Shown one piece after another: positions 1 through 10,462 of a stretch of 64,000 nucleotides of DNA. Under the pieces are notes generated by a model. That model ran no database searches. It had not been told where the DNA came from and saw nothing but the letters and a program-made list of their open reading frames with translations. The DNA is from an uncultured Verrucomicrobiae bacterium. Lineage in GTDB: Bacteria; Verrucomicrobiota; Verrucomicrobiia; Limisphaerales; Palsa-1400. A program made the translations under genes and the position numbers. How positions within the stretch are numbered: position 1 is the stretch's first letter; every line of letters starts with the position of its first letter. The stretch spans positions 416,001-480,000 of the forward strand of contig CAVPOM010000004.1 of assembly GCA_963707025.1 (NCBI GenBank), in the 5' to 3' direction.

Positions 1-1
1 G

Positions 2-490
2 ACAACCTATCCCAGTTGGGGCTACATGATTGCAAAAGGAGCCACCACCATGTGGGAGCTCTGGAATGGCGATACCGCAGGATCCGGGATGAATTCCCGC
101 AACATCGTCATGCTCACGGGCGATCTCAACATCTGGCTGCACGAATATTTGGGCGGCATCCGTCCCGATCCTGAAGCTCCGGGTTTCAAAAAGATCATTA
201 TCAAGCCCGAACCGGTCGGCGACCTCACCTGGGTCAAAGCCGGTTATGACTCCGTTCACGGCCGCATCAGCAGCGAATGGCACAAATCCGCCGGGCAATT
301 TGATTTGCAAATCACCATTCCCGCGAACACCATGGCCAGGGTGTACCTGCCGGCGAAAAATATTCAATCCATCACCGAAAATGGACGGGATCCAACAAAG
401 AGCGCGGGCGTCAAATCAGCTAGAATGGAAGCCGGCCGCGCGGTGTTGGAGATCGGCTCCGGCGGTTATCATTTTGTGTCGAACTGGTAA
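2..490 (+). CDS. alpha-L-rhamnosidase (GH78) C-terminal part, truncated by window edge
   Basis: TTYPSWGYMIAKGATTMWELWN and GIRPDPEAPGFKKIIIKP...GRISSEW...ITIPANT motifs typical of GH78 catalytic end and C-terminal domain. Confidence 0.8.
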   Translation, partial: TTYPSWGYMIAKGATTMWELWNGDTAGSGMNSRNIVMLTGDLNIWLHEYLGGIRPDPEAPGFKKIIIKPEPVGDLTWVKAGYDSVHGRISSEWHKSAGQFDLQITIPANTMARVYLPAKNIQSITENGRDPTKSAGVKSARMEAGRAVLEIGSGGYHFVSNW

Positions 491-694
491 TCGCGAAAAA
501 AAGGAATCATCCCGGATTGCAAGACGACCCAGCCGCCGCCTCCCAAACCATGGGCGTTATGAATGCTACCCATCCACTCACGCAGGAATTCGCCCGCGAA
601 ATTGGCGCCGACGATTACGCGGCGGATGCGGGCAGGGCGGGGGATACCGCGTTGGAATTATTGCAAGGCAAAGCCGGGGAAGGAAATTGACACC

Positions 695-1832
695 ATGACT
701 CCGCGCGAACGCATTCTAGCCATCCTCCACCGCCGACCGGTGGACCGCCTGCCGGTGGACCTCTGGCACACGCCTGAAATCGGCGCGCTCTTGCGGCAGC
801 ATTGCGGCGTCGCGGATGACCTGGCGATGTATCAGGCGCTGGGCCTGGACAAGATTGTCTGGGTGTTCCTGGATTACCAGACCGCCGCCGGGGAACGCGC
901 CGGGGGGCAATCCGGCGCCGGCGCCGAGGACGGCGGCAGTCGCACCGTGTGGGGCGCGCCGCTCAGGGATATTCAGGCCGGCGCCGCGCGTTACGCCGAG
1001 TTTGGCGCCGCGCCGTTGGCGGGTTACGACACTCCCGAGTCATTGGCCGATTATCCCTGGTGGCCCAGCGTGGAGCGTTTCGATTACGACGGCGCGGTGG
1101 CAAAGGCGCGGCAGGCAGCGCAACATTTTGCCGTGATCGGGCCTTGGGTGTCGTTTTTTGAAATATACTGCCAGTTGCGCGGATTGGAACAGTCGCTGAT
1201 GGATCTGTTGGAAGCCCCGGAACTGGTGGAAGCGATTCTTGACCGCGTGGAGTCCATCCAGGCCGAAATGATGCGCCGTTTTTTAGCCCGTGCCTGGCAA
1301 GTCGCTCGATCTGGTTTTTATCAGTGACGACATTGCCGGACAGACCTCGCTCTTGATGTCGCCCGCCCTGTGGAAACGCCATTTGCGACCGCGGCTGCGG
1401 CGCTGGTGTGAGTTGATTCATGCCCATGGCTTGCGGGTTTTTTACCACACCGACGGCGCGGCGCGTCCTCTGCTGGGGCCGATTCTCGATTGCGGCGTGG
1501 ATGTGCTTAACCCGATTCAGCACGCCTGTCCGGGAATGGAAATGGAGGAACTCAAACGCGAGTTCGGCCAGCGGGTCGTTTTTCACGGCGGGGTGGACAA
1601 TCAGTTTGCCCTGCCGCGCGGCACTGCGGAGGACGTGTGCCGCGAGACTCGTCACTGCCTGGAAACCTTGGGCGCCGGTCGCGAGGGTTTCATTTGTTGT
1701 TCCTGCCACAACGTGCAGGCCGGCACCCCGCTGGGGAACATCCTCGCCATGATTAAAACTGTGCAAGACGCCTCCGTCCCCCAAAAGGCAAAGCCAAATG
1801 CTGGCGTCTTCCTCCGGACGAATACGCTTTGA
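695..1832 (+). CDS. uroporphyrinogen decarboxylase-fold (URO-D/MtaA-CmuA-like) protein, one frameshift near 1290
   Basis: MTPRERILAILHRRPVDRLPV N-terminus, LRGLEQSLMDL; second frame continues SDDIAGQTSLLMSP...FYHTDG...GVDVLNPIQ...FHGGVDNQ..LPRGT...SCHNVQAGTP. Confidence 0.8.
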
Positions 1833-2002
1833 AATGAATCGCGCGTCTGACTGCGGATCAGATCTCCATCAGGTGATTTTGCTCCAAGCCAATTATTCCA
1901 TGAAGCCGGCCCAGAGATCGAGCCGACCCGGATTAACCCTGGTGTTTTCCGTTGCTCTTTCATACAAATCGAGCTTGACTGGTGTTTATCTACAAGAGAG
2001 CC

Positions 2003-3012
2003 ATGATGCAGACCAAAGCTTCTTCGCCGCCCAAGCTCATGAGAGGGATGATTCCTATCCTGGCTTTTCTCCTTTGGCTTTGCCCCCGCGGTGCCTGGGC
2101 CGGTTCCAAATCCGCCGCTGATTCGGGGGGGCATTCAAAGTCAGTTTTTTGGAGTTGGAGTCGTCGCTGGAGGACACCTGCCGGATATTGACGAGGAGCG
2201 GCTTTCCCGATGCGACGGTCACGATCTTCAGGAAGCTCGTGAGGTTTCATAACCAGAACGGCAATCGGGTTGACCGGGCCAAGTTTCCACAGGCCCGCGG
2301 CGGCTATTATGAATTTCAAAATTTCGATGATTTTACCAACCGCTTGCAGTGCCCTTTGAGCAGGACGCCGGCAACCAATTCCATCCGGCAGAATACGTTA
2401 CAGTGTTTTGAAATGGTCTGCCTGCTGCTGCACGACGCGGGCTATGGAGTGCCGGCCCTGAAACAGGATTTCGAGTCAAAAGGCATCATGCTCCTGCGCA
2501 CGAACGGTTTGCTGGTTTCAGTTTCATATGAGGCGTGGTCTGGAGGTTTCCGATGGGTTCTGCCCTCTGAAAAGGATTATGAGTTTTTAGTTGGCCGGAC
2601 AATGAGCGAATCAGAGAGCCTCCTGAACCTGGGTTTTCGCGCCGCCCGGCGGACCGGCGATGCCGGACCGGATAACGGGGAAATATTCAGCAAATCATTT
2701 CCGGTTTTTGTCAGCGGGTTGCAACGGAGCGGCTTCGTCTTTCCGACGAAATTCAAGGTGGGCTTTGTGTTCGTCGCGCAGCCGTTTCATAATTATGTCT
2801 GGGCCGATCACGCATTCCTTTGTTTTTCCCAAGACGGAAAGTTGATTTGTCTCGAAAAGGCCGGCAGCCGCGGTCCCTATGTTCGGGCGGAATTCGGCTG
2901 CGCAGAAGATTTGGGGCACTTCGTATGTGAGGATTATTTAAGTGAACCCCGGAAATCCTCCTTGGCCGTCTCGCTTAATGACCGATTGATTGGCCTTTGG
3001 TCGCGCCAGTAG
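2003..3012 (+). CDS. hypothetical exported protein, probable frameshift at T-homopolymer near 2145-2150
   Basis: Signal-peptide-like MIPILAFLLWLCPRGAWA in one frame joins the 287-aa ORF 2149..3012; no recognisable family. Confidence 0.5.
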
Positions 3013-3176
3013 AAGTCTCGCTGCGAGCCGCCAAGCCAAAACGAAGAAGCGGCATCCCGCCTGGGTCCTCACGATTTCAACTGATTGAGAGTGGCGGACT
3101 TTGCGGCAGGCCAACAGAGGCCGCTAAAACCACATTGCCCTTGCGATCGCGTTCGCGCAACATCCCCCCAACTTAT

Positions 3177-5288
3177 ATGCGCTCATACAATCCATTTCGT
3201 CCCGGCCTCTTCGTGACCCTGGTGTTCGCCGCCGGAGTTGCCCTCGCGCAAGAGGCCAATCCATTTGGCGCTCCCAGCATCTTGCCGCTCCAGGCCCCCA
3301 GGTTTGATCAGATCAAAGACACCGACTACATGCCCGCGTTCGATGAAGGGATGAAACAACAACTGGCCGAGATAGATCGCATCGCCAACGATCCGGCGGC
3401 GCCGACCTTCGAGAATACGATCGTTGCCATCGAAACCTCCGGCCGCATGCTGGATCGCGTCTCCGAGACTTTCTCCGCTATTTACCAGGCCAACACCAGC
3501 GACACGTTGGACCATACCCAGACGGTGGAAGCGCCCAAACTTGCCGCCCAGCAGGATGCCATCTTCCTGAACGCCAGGCTCTTTGCCCGCGTCAAGGCCG
3601 TGTATCAAAGCCGCGAAAAGAAAAAGCTCGATCCGGAATCACAGAAACTCCTCAACGTCTATTACCTGCAATTCCTCCACGCCGGCGCCAACCTCCCCGG
3701 CGCGGACCAGGCCAAACTCCGCGAAATCAATCAACAAGCCGCCACGCTGGAAACCGCCTTCGAACAAAAATTGCTGGCCGCGGCAAAAGCGGGCGCGCTG
3801 ATTGTTGACACCAAATCCGCGCTCGCCGGCCTGACCGACGAGGAAATCGCCGCGGCCGCGCACACCGCCGAAACCCGCGGCCTGACCAACCAGTATTTGA
3901 TTCCGCTCCAAAATACCACCCAGCAGCCTTCCCTCACCGGGCTTTCCGACCGCGCCACCCGCGAGCTGCTCTTCCACCACTCATGGACCCGTGCCGAAAA
4001 GGGCGATACCAACGACACTCGCGAAACCATTCTCCAACTCGCCCGCTTGCGCGCCCAGAAAGCCCATCTGCTCGGCTATGGCAATTACGCTGAATATGTC
4101 CTCTACGACCAAATGGTAAAATCGCCCAAAGCGGTGGACAAATTCATCGGGCAACTCGTCCGTCCCACCGCCCTCAAGGCCGCCGACGAAGCCCGCCAAA
4201 TTCGGGCCATGATTGACAAGTCCGGCGCCCACTTTGACCTCAAGCCCTGGGATTGGAAACGCTATTCGGAAGCGGTCCGCAAAGAGAAGTATGACCTCGA
4301 CCAGGACGAACTGAAGCCTTACTTCGTCCTGGACAAAGTGCTGCAGGATGGCGTGTTCTACGCCGCCAATCAGCTTTACGGCATCACCTTGAAGGAACGC
4401 CACGACCTGCCCGTTTATCAGCCGGATGTCCGCGTTTTCGACGTCTTCGACCAGGACGGCGCGCAACTGGGTCTCATCTATTTCGATTACTTCAAGCGGG
4501 ACAACAAATCCGGCGGCGCGTGGATGAACAATCTCGTCCAGCAATCCCATTTGCTGGGAACCAAACCGGTGGTCTGCAACGTCGCCAATTTCCCCCAGCC
4601 TGCCCCCGGCCAGCCGGCCTTGCTGACTTTTGATGACGTCACCACCATGTTTCACGAGTTCGGCCATGCGCTCCACGGCCTTTTTGCCAGCGGGCAATAT
4701 CCCAGCCTCTCCGGCGCAAATACCGCCCGGGACTGGGTCGAGTTTCCATCCCAATTCAACGAGCATTGGGCGCTCTATCCCGCCGTCCTCAAACATTATG
4801 CCGTCAACTATAAGACCGGCGAGCCGATTTCCCAGGCCCTGGTGGACAAGATCAAGAAATCCCGGACCTGGGGACAAGGTTACGATCTGGGCGAACTTCT
4901 CGCGGCCTCCGAACTGGACATGCAATGGCATGAGATCGGCGCTGCCACGGCGGTGGGCGACGTTGATGCTTTTGAGCAGCAAGCCCTGGCACGCACCCAT
5001 ACCGACTTCCCCGACATCCCCTCCCGCTACCGCTCCAGTTATTTCCTGCACATTTGGGCCAATGGATATGCCGCCGGATATTACGCCTACCAATGGACCG
5101 TCATGCTCGATGACGATGCCTTTGCCTGGTTCACGGCGCATGGCGGCATGACCCGCGCCAACGGCCAGCGCTTCCGCGACCTGATCCTCTCGCGCGGCCA
5201 GACCCAGGACTACAGCGCCATGTTCCGCGCCTTCTATGGCAAGAATCCCGACATCGGTCCCATGCTGCAAGACCGCGGCCTCAAATGA
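3177..5288 (+). CDS. dcp: M3 family metallopeptidase (peptidyl-dipeptidase Dcp-like), signal peptide
   Basis: TMFHEFGHALH zinc motif, KSGGAWM, DWVEFPSQFNEHW, GYAAGYYAYQW. Confidence 0.9.
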   Translation: MRSYNPFRPGLFVTLVFAAGVALAQEANPFGAPSILPLQAPRFDQIKDTDYMPAFDEGMKQQLAEIDRIANDPAAPTFENTIVAIETSGRMLDRVSETFSAIYQANTSDTLDHTQTVEAPKLAAQQDAIFLNARLFARVKAVYQSREKKKLDPESQKLLNVYYLQFLHAGANLPGADQAKLREINQQAATLETAFEQKLLAAAKAGALIVDTKSALAGLTDEEIAAAAHTAETRGLTNQYLIPLQNTTQQPSLTGLSDRATRELLFHHSWTRAEKGDTNDTRETILQLARLRAQKAHLLGYGNYAEYVLYDQMVKSPKAVDKFIGQLVRPTALKAADEARQIRAMIDKSGAHFDLKPWDWKRYSEAVRKEKYDLDQDELKPYFVLDKVLQDGVFYAANQLYGITLKERHDLPVYQPDVRVFDVFDQDGAQLGLIYFDYFKRDNKSGGAWMNNLVQQSHLLGTKPVVCNVANFPQPAPGQPALLTFDDVTTMFHEFGHALHGLFASGQYPSLSGANTARDWVEFPSQFNEHWALYPAVLKHYAVNYKTGEPISQALVDKIKKSRTWGQGYDLGELLAASELDMQWHEIGAATAVGDVDAFEQQALARTHTDFPDIPSRYRSSYFLHIWANGYAAGYYAYQWTVMLDDDAFAWFTAHGGMTRANGQRFRDLILSRGQTQDYSAMFRAFYGKNPDIGPMLQDRGLK

Positions 5289-5463
5289 GCAATGGCTTGG
5301 CAGCCTTCCCCGTCGAGGTGGAGGGCCGGTTCTTTGCCGGCGCAAGCCGCGCCCCGCGAACGGATAACCCCGCACAAAGCGAACCTTCGAGCGGCGGCGG
5401 GCCTGGCTCTAACGTGCTCGCGGGCTTTCTGACCACAGGATGGCAGGATGCGGCGCGCCACAC

Positions 5464-5542
5464 CCGTTACACCGTTACACTCGTTGGCTTTGAGGGACTT
5501 ACGCAATTCATGCCCGTTACATGGCCGTTACACTCCGTTACA
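5464..5542. repeat. cluster of five CCGTTACA (TGTAACGG) motifs
   Basis: CCGTTACA at 5464, 5472, 5514, 5525, 5535; reverse-complement relative of repeats at 51973..52180. Confidence 0.75.
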
Positions 5543-5572
5543 GTGGCTGCGCTTGGCCGCATCCAGGCAGAG

Positions 5573-5606
5573 GAGAACCGCTGATGAACACGGATGGACA
5601 CGGATT
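5573..5606 (+). repeat. ACACGGATG-type 9-mer repeat unit, copy 1
   Basis: GAGAACCGCTGATGAACACGGATGGACACGGATT, 31/34 identical to 12123..12156. Confidence 0.7.
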
Positions 5607-5725
5607 CCAAGGCGCAGAAAAGGAGATTTCCCGTGCTCCTTTCGCTCAGGATTTGGCAGCTCTGCCCAGCCCCAGGAAAAAGCCCGTCATCGCCTTGCCT
5701 TATCCGTGTCAATGCAGTAGGAATT

Positions 5726-5876
5726 GGGGAGCGCACGCGCCCCCGCGTGCAGCCAACCGGCGCCGTCGCCGGTTGGTCTTGCGTTTCCGGTTGGACGGAA
5801 GGGTGGGGAGAATTTGAGCGGTGGGCTGTCGTTGGCGAGGCGCCAACCACCGCACGCGAGGGCGCGTGCGCTCCCC
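5726..5876. repeat. REP/REPIN-like inverted repeat element between convergent genes
   Basis: GGGGAGCGCACGCGCCCCCGCGTGC (5726..5750) pairs 24/25 with 5852..5876; internal hairpins. Confidence 0.75.
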
Positions 5877-5956
5877 GCGCAACTGCATCGTTCCGGCTTG
5901 GGTGGCCGCCAGGAATTGCCGGTGAATCTGAGCAACGAGGTTATTCGAGCCACCTT

Positions 5957-6910
5957 TTAACGGGGGGGGCCACCGGGCGGGCCGGATGAATTGGGCTTGA
6001 GCGACTGGCTCTGGTTGAACTGATCCATCACCTGGCGGATGGCGCGCGTATGTTCGGCGGTGCTGCCGCAGCAGGAACCGACAATCATCGCCCCCGCCGC
6101 CAGAACGCCGGGCAAGGCAATGACCATGTCGGCGGGAGATTGTTTGTAAACGGCTTTCCCGCGTTCCAGAACCGGCAGGCCGGCGTTGGGCTGCACCATC
6201 GCCGGCAGTTGGCAGTGCGCGCGATAAATCCCCGCCACCATGGCCGCGCCCGTCATGTCCATGCCTGTCCCGCAATTCAAGGCCGCAAAGTGCGCGCCTT
6301 TTTCCTCCGTGAATTCGGCGGCTCTTTCTGGCAACACTCCCATCATCGTCACGTAAAATGTCTTGTCCGCCGACAAATCATAAGCCAGCGAAGCAATGAT
6401 GCTGCGCGCTCCGGCAGCTTTGGCGGCGTCAATGGCCAGGCCCAGTTCCTCCAGCGAGGTCTGCGTTTCGATAATGATCGCATCCACGCCGCCCTCAACC
6501 AGCGCCGAAGCTTGTTCCTCCAGGGCAAGCTGTGCTTCCGCTTGTGAAAGCTCGCCGTACGGTTCCAAAATGGCGCCGACCGGCCCGATGTCGCCGAGCA
6601 CATATCCCGCGCGCCCGCCAAAGGCCTCCCGCGCGATGCGGGCAGCGGCTTGGTTGATGGCGCGCGCGTCCCTGGCCGCGCCATGCCGTTGCAGAGAAAT
6701 GCGGCTGCCGCCGAAAGTGTTGGTGATGAGGCAATCCGCCCCCGCCTCCGCATAGCGCCGCTGAATGGCCAGGACCCGTTCCGGCTGGGTGAGATTCCAA
6801 AGCTCGCCGCATTGGCCGCTCTCCAAGCCGGCCAGCATCAATTGCGTGCCCATCGCCCCATCGCAGACAAGCCGGCGCTCGCGCACCATTTCATGAAGCA
6901 GTTTTTGCAT
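5957..6910 (-). CDS. stand-alone homocysteine S-methyltransferase (MetH Hcy-binding domain)
   Basis: DGAMGTQL, EAGADCLITNTFG, IIIETQ, AALNCG, QPNAGLP, VGSCCGSTAEHTRAI (Zn-binding Cys triad). Confidence 0.9.
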   Translation of the reverse strand: MQKLLHEMVRERRLVCDGAMGTQLMLAGLESGQCGELWNLTQPERVLAIQRRYAEAGADCLITNTFGGSRISLQRHGAARDARAINQAAARIAREAFGGRAGYVLGDIGPVGAILEPYGELSQAEAQLALEEQASALVEGGVDAIIIETQTSLEELGLAIDAAKAAGARSIIASLAYDLSADKTFYVTMMGVLPERAAEFTEEKGAHFAALNCGTGMDMTGAAMVAGIYRAHCQLPAMVQPNAGLPVLERGKAVYKQSPADMVIALPGVLAAGAMIVGSCCGSTAEHTRAIRQVMDQFNQSQSLKPNSSGPPGGPPR

Positions 6911-7040
6911 GGTCAGCAACGCATTATTTCCCGCCAGTTGACCTCGCCGCAACAGGGAGGTCAGCCACAGAGTAGATAGGGTTTTGCCGCCCCCGGCACA
7001 AGCCCCAACTTCCCAAAATCCCCAAATCAGGCGGGCTGGC

Positions 7041-7298
7041 TGAGGGTACCTCGATTTGACGGACAGAGAATCGGGTGAACAATGAAAGGAAAAGCCCATG
7101 AAAGAAGCATCTGTCCCAGAGCGCCGGAAATTCGACCAAACATTCAAACGCGAAGCGGTTCTGAACTGGCTCCCTAGGGGCAAGTCCGCGACGGTGGTGG
7201 GGGAGGAGCTGGGCATCACCGCCAACCTGCTTTACGCTTGGAGATATTCAGCCCGTTTATTTGCCGGAAATGGTTGTCAGTGTGGCAATTGTGGCTGA
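7041..7298 (+). mobile_element. IS3-family remnant: left end plus truncated OrfA (7098..7298)
   Basis: Starts TG (TGAGGGTACCTCGATTTGACGGACA); RRKFDQTFKREAV...VGEELGITANLLYAWR HTH; no OrfB integrase-core ORF follows. Confidence 0.7.
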
Positions 7299-7440
7299 TC
7301 CGAGAAATCATCCGATTTCCTTTGACTTGGCTCCCAAACTCTCGTAAATTCATTTGATGGAAGAGACGCGCAGTCGGTGGGCGCATTGATCTCGGCACCA
7401 TTGTTTATGCTGCGTCAGCATACGCCGATAATATGGTGTA

Positions 7441-7689
7441 ATGGCGAGAGAAAAGAATATGAAAATCACTTTTGACAAAAGCGCGCGCGCTTTCGTCCTG
7501 GATGCTTTTGGCAAAACGGCCAAAGACGGGTTTGTTGTTGAAAAATCCAATACCGCACAAAAAGTTCTTACCCCAAGAGGCGAGGAGATCCCGGTGCAGG
7601 AATTTGCGGGTGTGCGGAAGGGTTCCGCCATATTCGTCAAATCTGACATTGTTTCATTGGTTGAAGCTGCTGAATCCATGAAGCCGTGA
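7441..7689 (+). CDS. small hypothetical protein (82 aa), AT-richer cassette gene 1
   Basis: Clean ORF 10 bp upstream of 7700 ORF; atypical codon usage. Confidence 0.65.
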   Translation: MAREKNMKITFDKSARAFVLDAFGKTAKDGFVVEKSNTAQKVLTPRGEEIPVQEFAGVRKGSAIFVKSDIVSLVEAAESMKP

Positions 7690-7699
7690 CCAGCCCCTG

Positions 7700-8518
7700 A
7701 TGAATATTTTGGAAAAGCTGAAGGCCGTTGGACTTTATTTTCCAAAACTCAAGAGTGTTTCCCTTTTCAAACTGTCCCTCAATATTGACAAGTCAATTCA
7801 TGTTGAGCGGTCAACAGTCACAATTAACCCTAAGAAGCTAAATGGTAAACAAAAGCGGGCGTTAATGGAAATCATTCGCGGCGAGGCTTTGGATTCTGCG
7901 GGTTTGATTTTGGATGAGGAAAAAGCGCCAACGGTTGAGCAGGTCATTCATGCTTTACAGGGCATCCATGAAGTAGAAGATAAATTTAAGCCTATCATTC
8001 CTTCTTCTGATATTCCCCTCCTAAAGGCCTGTGTCTATCTGCGCCTTAAATTTGAGCAAGGCGAATGTGTGGACGCACTGAAGGCGCAAATCATGCGTGT
8101 ATATGGGACGCGGGGCGGAAATTTTGCAAATTTGTGCTCTGCTGGATATTTGGAAACCTGGTTCCTGCCGCTTTACGATGAACTGCTGCGAGCCAATCCT
8201 GATAATCCCCTTTTGGCAAAGGCTAAATTTGTTTCGCTTTACAATAACATCTTGAGTGAATTGCCCTGGACCGAATTTGTATCTGCCCGTGCGAGTGCAG
8301 CCAAGATTACCGCCCACATCGTTGAAAAAATGAATCGCAATATTGCTAATGGCGTTCGCTTCTTAAACATTCACGGTCTTGGCGAGGGGAATGTGGAGAA
8401 AATACGTGGTCTGCTTTTTGATCTCCAAAGGCAGACTGGAGCTTTGGCTGTTCAGGTTGATAGGGACCGTTATCGGATTTTTGTTCGACTGGAAATTCCT
8501 CCTCAAATTACAAATTGA
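7700..8518 (+). CDS. hypothetical protein (272 aa), AT-richer cassette gene 2
   Basis: Long ORF in AT-richer DNA; C-terminal FLNIHGLGEGNV segment. Confidence 0.75.
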   Translation: MNILEKLKAVGLYFPKLKSVSLFKLSLNIDKSIHVERSTVTINPKKLNGKQKRALMEIIRGEALDSAGLILDEEKAPTVEQVIHALQGIHEVEDKFKPIIPSSDIPLLKACVYLRLKFEQGECVDALKAQIMRVYGTRGGNFANLCSAGYLETWFLPLYDELLRANPDNPLLAKAKFVSLYNNILSELPWTEFVSARASAAKITAHIVEKMNRNIANGVRFLNIHGLGEGNVEKIRGLLFDLQRQTGALAVQVDRDRYRIFVRLEIPPQITN

Positions 8519-8794
8519 CCTTTTATCTTAGGGCCAGCCGCCGTGGTTTCGGATATCCACTTGGCTACGACTGTATTTTGGAGTGGCCCAAGCCATTTCC
8601 CCACTAGATTTCCAATGGAAGATTTCATCAAGCATAGATTTTATGAATTGAGGCGGGAGGGCATAAAGCACCTTGCTTGCCAACTTTGTGAAAGACCTGA
8701 ATTTATCTCAAATTAGGCCACTACCCAAAGTTGCGTGCAGGAGCGGGTTGAGCCATGATGTTCGAGGCCCGAACTAAATGACACCAGCAGTTGC

Positions 8795-10462
8795 ATGAGC
8801 GTCGAGTTGCATTTCAATCAACAGCACACGTGTGTTGCGCCCGGGCCGTCGCTGTTCGACTGCGCCGAAGCGCTCGGCATCAAGGTCCCCACTTCCTGCC
8901 GCAAGCAGGGCAAATGCAAGGAATGTCTGGTGGAAATCACCGAGGGAATGGAGTTCCTTTCGGGCAAAGGGCCGGAGGAAAAGCATCTCCGGGAAAACTT
9001 CCGTCTCTCCTGCCGCTGCCACATGGTCAAGGATTGTGGCGCGGTGCGATGCCATACCCTGCGGCGGGGCGACATGCGCATCGAACGCCACGCCCTGCAA
9101 CTTCCCACCACCGGCCAAAAGTTGCCGCTTGATCCCGCCGTCACCCGCGACGGTGAGCGCATTCTGCTGGACGGAATGGAAATTGATCGTGGCGGCGGAC
9201 CGATCCACGGGCTGGCCATGGACCTGGGAACCACCACCGTCGTCCTGCGCCTGCTCAACTTGGAAACCGGCGAAATCGTGGCGGACGCATCCTTCGAAAA
9301 TCCGCAACGCTTCGGCGGCTCCGATGTGATGTCGCGCATCCATTACGACACGGAGGACGGCAGCAAATTGCTGCAGCGCACTCTGGCCGGTTACATCACC
9401 CATGCCATCGAGGACTTTCCGGCGGACCCGAAATCCATCTACGAAGTGGTCGTCGCCGCCAATTCCACCATGCGCGATCTTTACTTTGGATTGAATGTCC
9501 ATTCCATCGGGCAAAGCCCCTATCAATCCATCACCGAGTTGGAAATGGGGCAAGGCCGGCGGACCACGACCAGTCTGGCCGCGCCGGCCGGGCGATTGTG
9601 GCTGCCGATTCATCCCAAGGCGCGCGTTTATGGGTTGCCCGTCATTAGCGGCCATGTCGGCGCCGACGCCGCCGCCTGCCTGCTGGCGGTGGATCTGGCC
9701 AACGAAGAACGGCTCGTGGCCCTCATGGACATCGGCACCAATACGGAACTGATCCTCGGCAACCGGCACAAAATCCTGGCGGCGTCCTGTCCCGCCGGCC
9801 CGGCCTTCGAAGGCGGCAAAATTGCCTGCGGCATGCCGGGTCTGCCGGGCGCCATTGAAAAAGTGGCGATTGACCCGGACGGCTCCCTGCGGGCACAAGT
9901 CATCGGGGGCGGCGCGGCGGAAGGGATTTGCGGTTCGGGGCTGATAGATCTCTTGAGCGAACTGCTCAAGACCGGGCGCATGAACTCGCTGGGGCGTTTT
10001 GAGGCCGGCGGGGAACCGTTTGTGCTGGAGGCCGGGAGCGAGCGACCGATTTGCCTGACGGAGGGCGACGTCAACGAACTGGCCCAGGCCAAGGGCGCCA
10101 ACGCGGCCGGGCTGCACGTTATGTTTGACAGATACGGCATTCGCTTCGACGACCTGGCCGTTTTCTACCTGGCGGGCGGTTTTGGCCGGCATCTCAGCCT
10201 GGCGGCCTCCAAACGCATCGGGCTGATACCCGACCTTGACGAGGCAAAAATCCTGCAAGTGGGCAACGCCTCCATTGAAGGCGCCAGTCTGGCGCTGCTG
10301 TCGCGCGCCAAACGCGCGGAGTTGGAGAAGCTGGTCAAACGTGTCACCCACTGCCGCCTGGAAACGCACCCTGACTTTTTCCATTACTTTGTGGAGGGGT
10401 GCCAGTTCAACCCCATCACCTCGCTGGCGGCGCCAAACCCGCCCGTCTTGAATGCGATTTGA
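8795..10462 (+). CDS. ASKHA-type ATP-dependent reductive activator of corrinoid proteins (RACo/DUF4445) with N-terminal 2Fe-2S domain
   Basis: CRKQGKCKEC...RLSC ferredoxin; DLGTTT, DIGTNTE, CPAGPAFEG, GICGSG, YLAGGFG motifs. Confidence 0.9.
   Translation: MSVELHFNQQHTCVAPGPSLFDCAEALGIKVPTSCRKQGKCKECLVEITEGMEFLSGKGPEEKHLRENFRLSCRCHMVKDCGAVRCHTLRRGDMRIERHALQLPTTGQKLPLDPAVTRDGERILLDGMEIDRGGGPIHGLAMDLGTTTVVLRLLNLETGEIVADASFENPQRFGGSDVMSRIHYDTEDGSKLLQRTLAGYITHAIEDFPADPKSIYEVVVAANSTMRDLYFGLNVHSIGQSPYQSITELEMGQGRRTTTSLAAPAGRLWLPIHPKARVYGLPVISGHVGADAAACLLAVDLANEERLVALMDIGTNTELILGNRHKILAASCPAGPAFEGGKIACGMPGLPGAIEKVAIDPDGSLRAQVIGGGAAEGICGSGLIDLLSELLKTGRMNSLGRFEAGGEPFVLEAGSERPICLTEGDVNELAQAKGANAAGLHVMFDRYGIRFDDLAVFYLAGGFGRHLSLAASKRIGLIPDLDEAKILQVGNASIEGASLALLSRAKRAELEKLVKRVTHCRLETHPDFFHYFVEGCQFNPITSLAAPNPPVLNAI

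Noticed and set aside
6911..8794. Cobalamin or SAM riboswitch upstream of the B12 genes
   Set aside because: No B12-box or S-box consensus recognisable by eye; an Rfam/Infernal scan would settle it.
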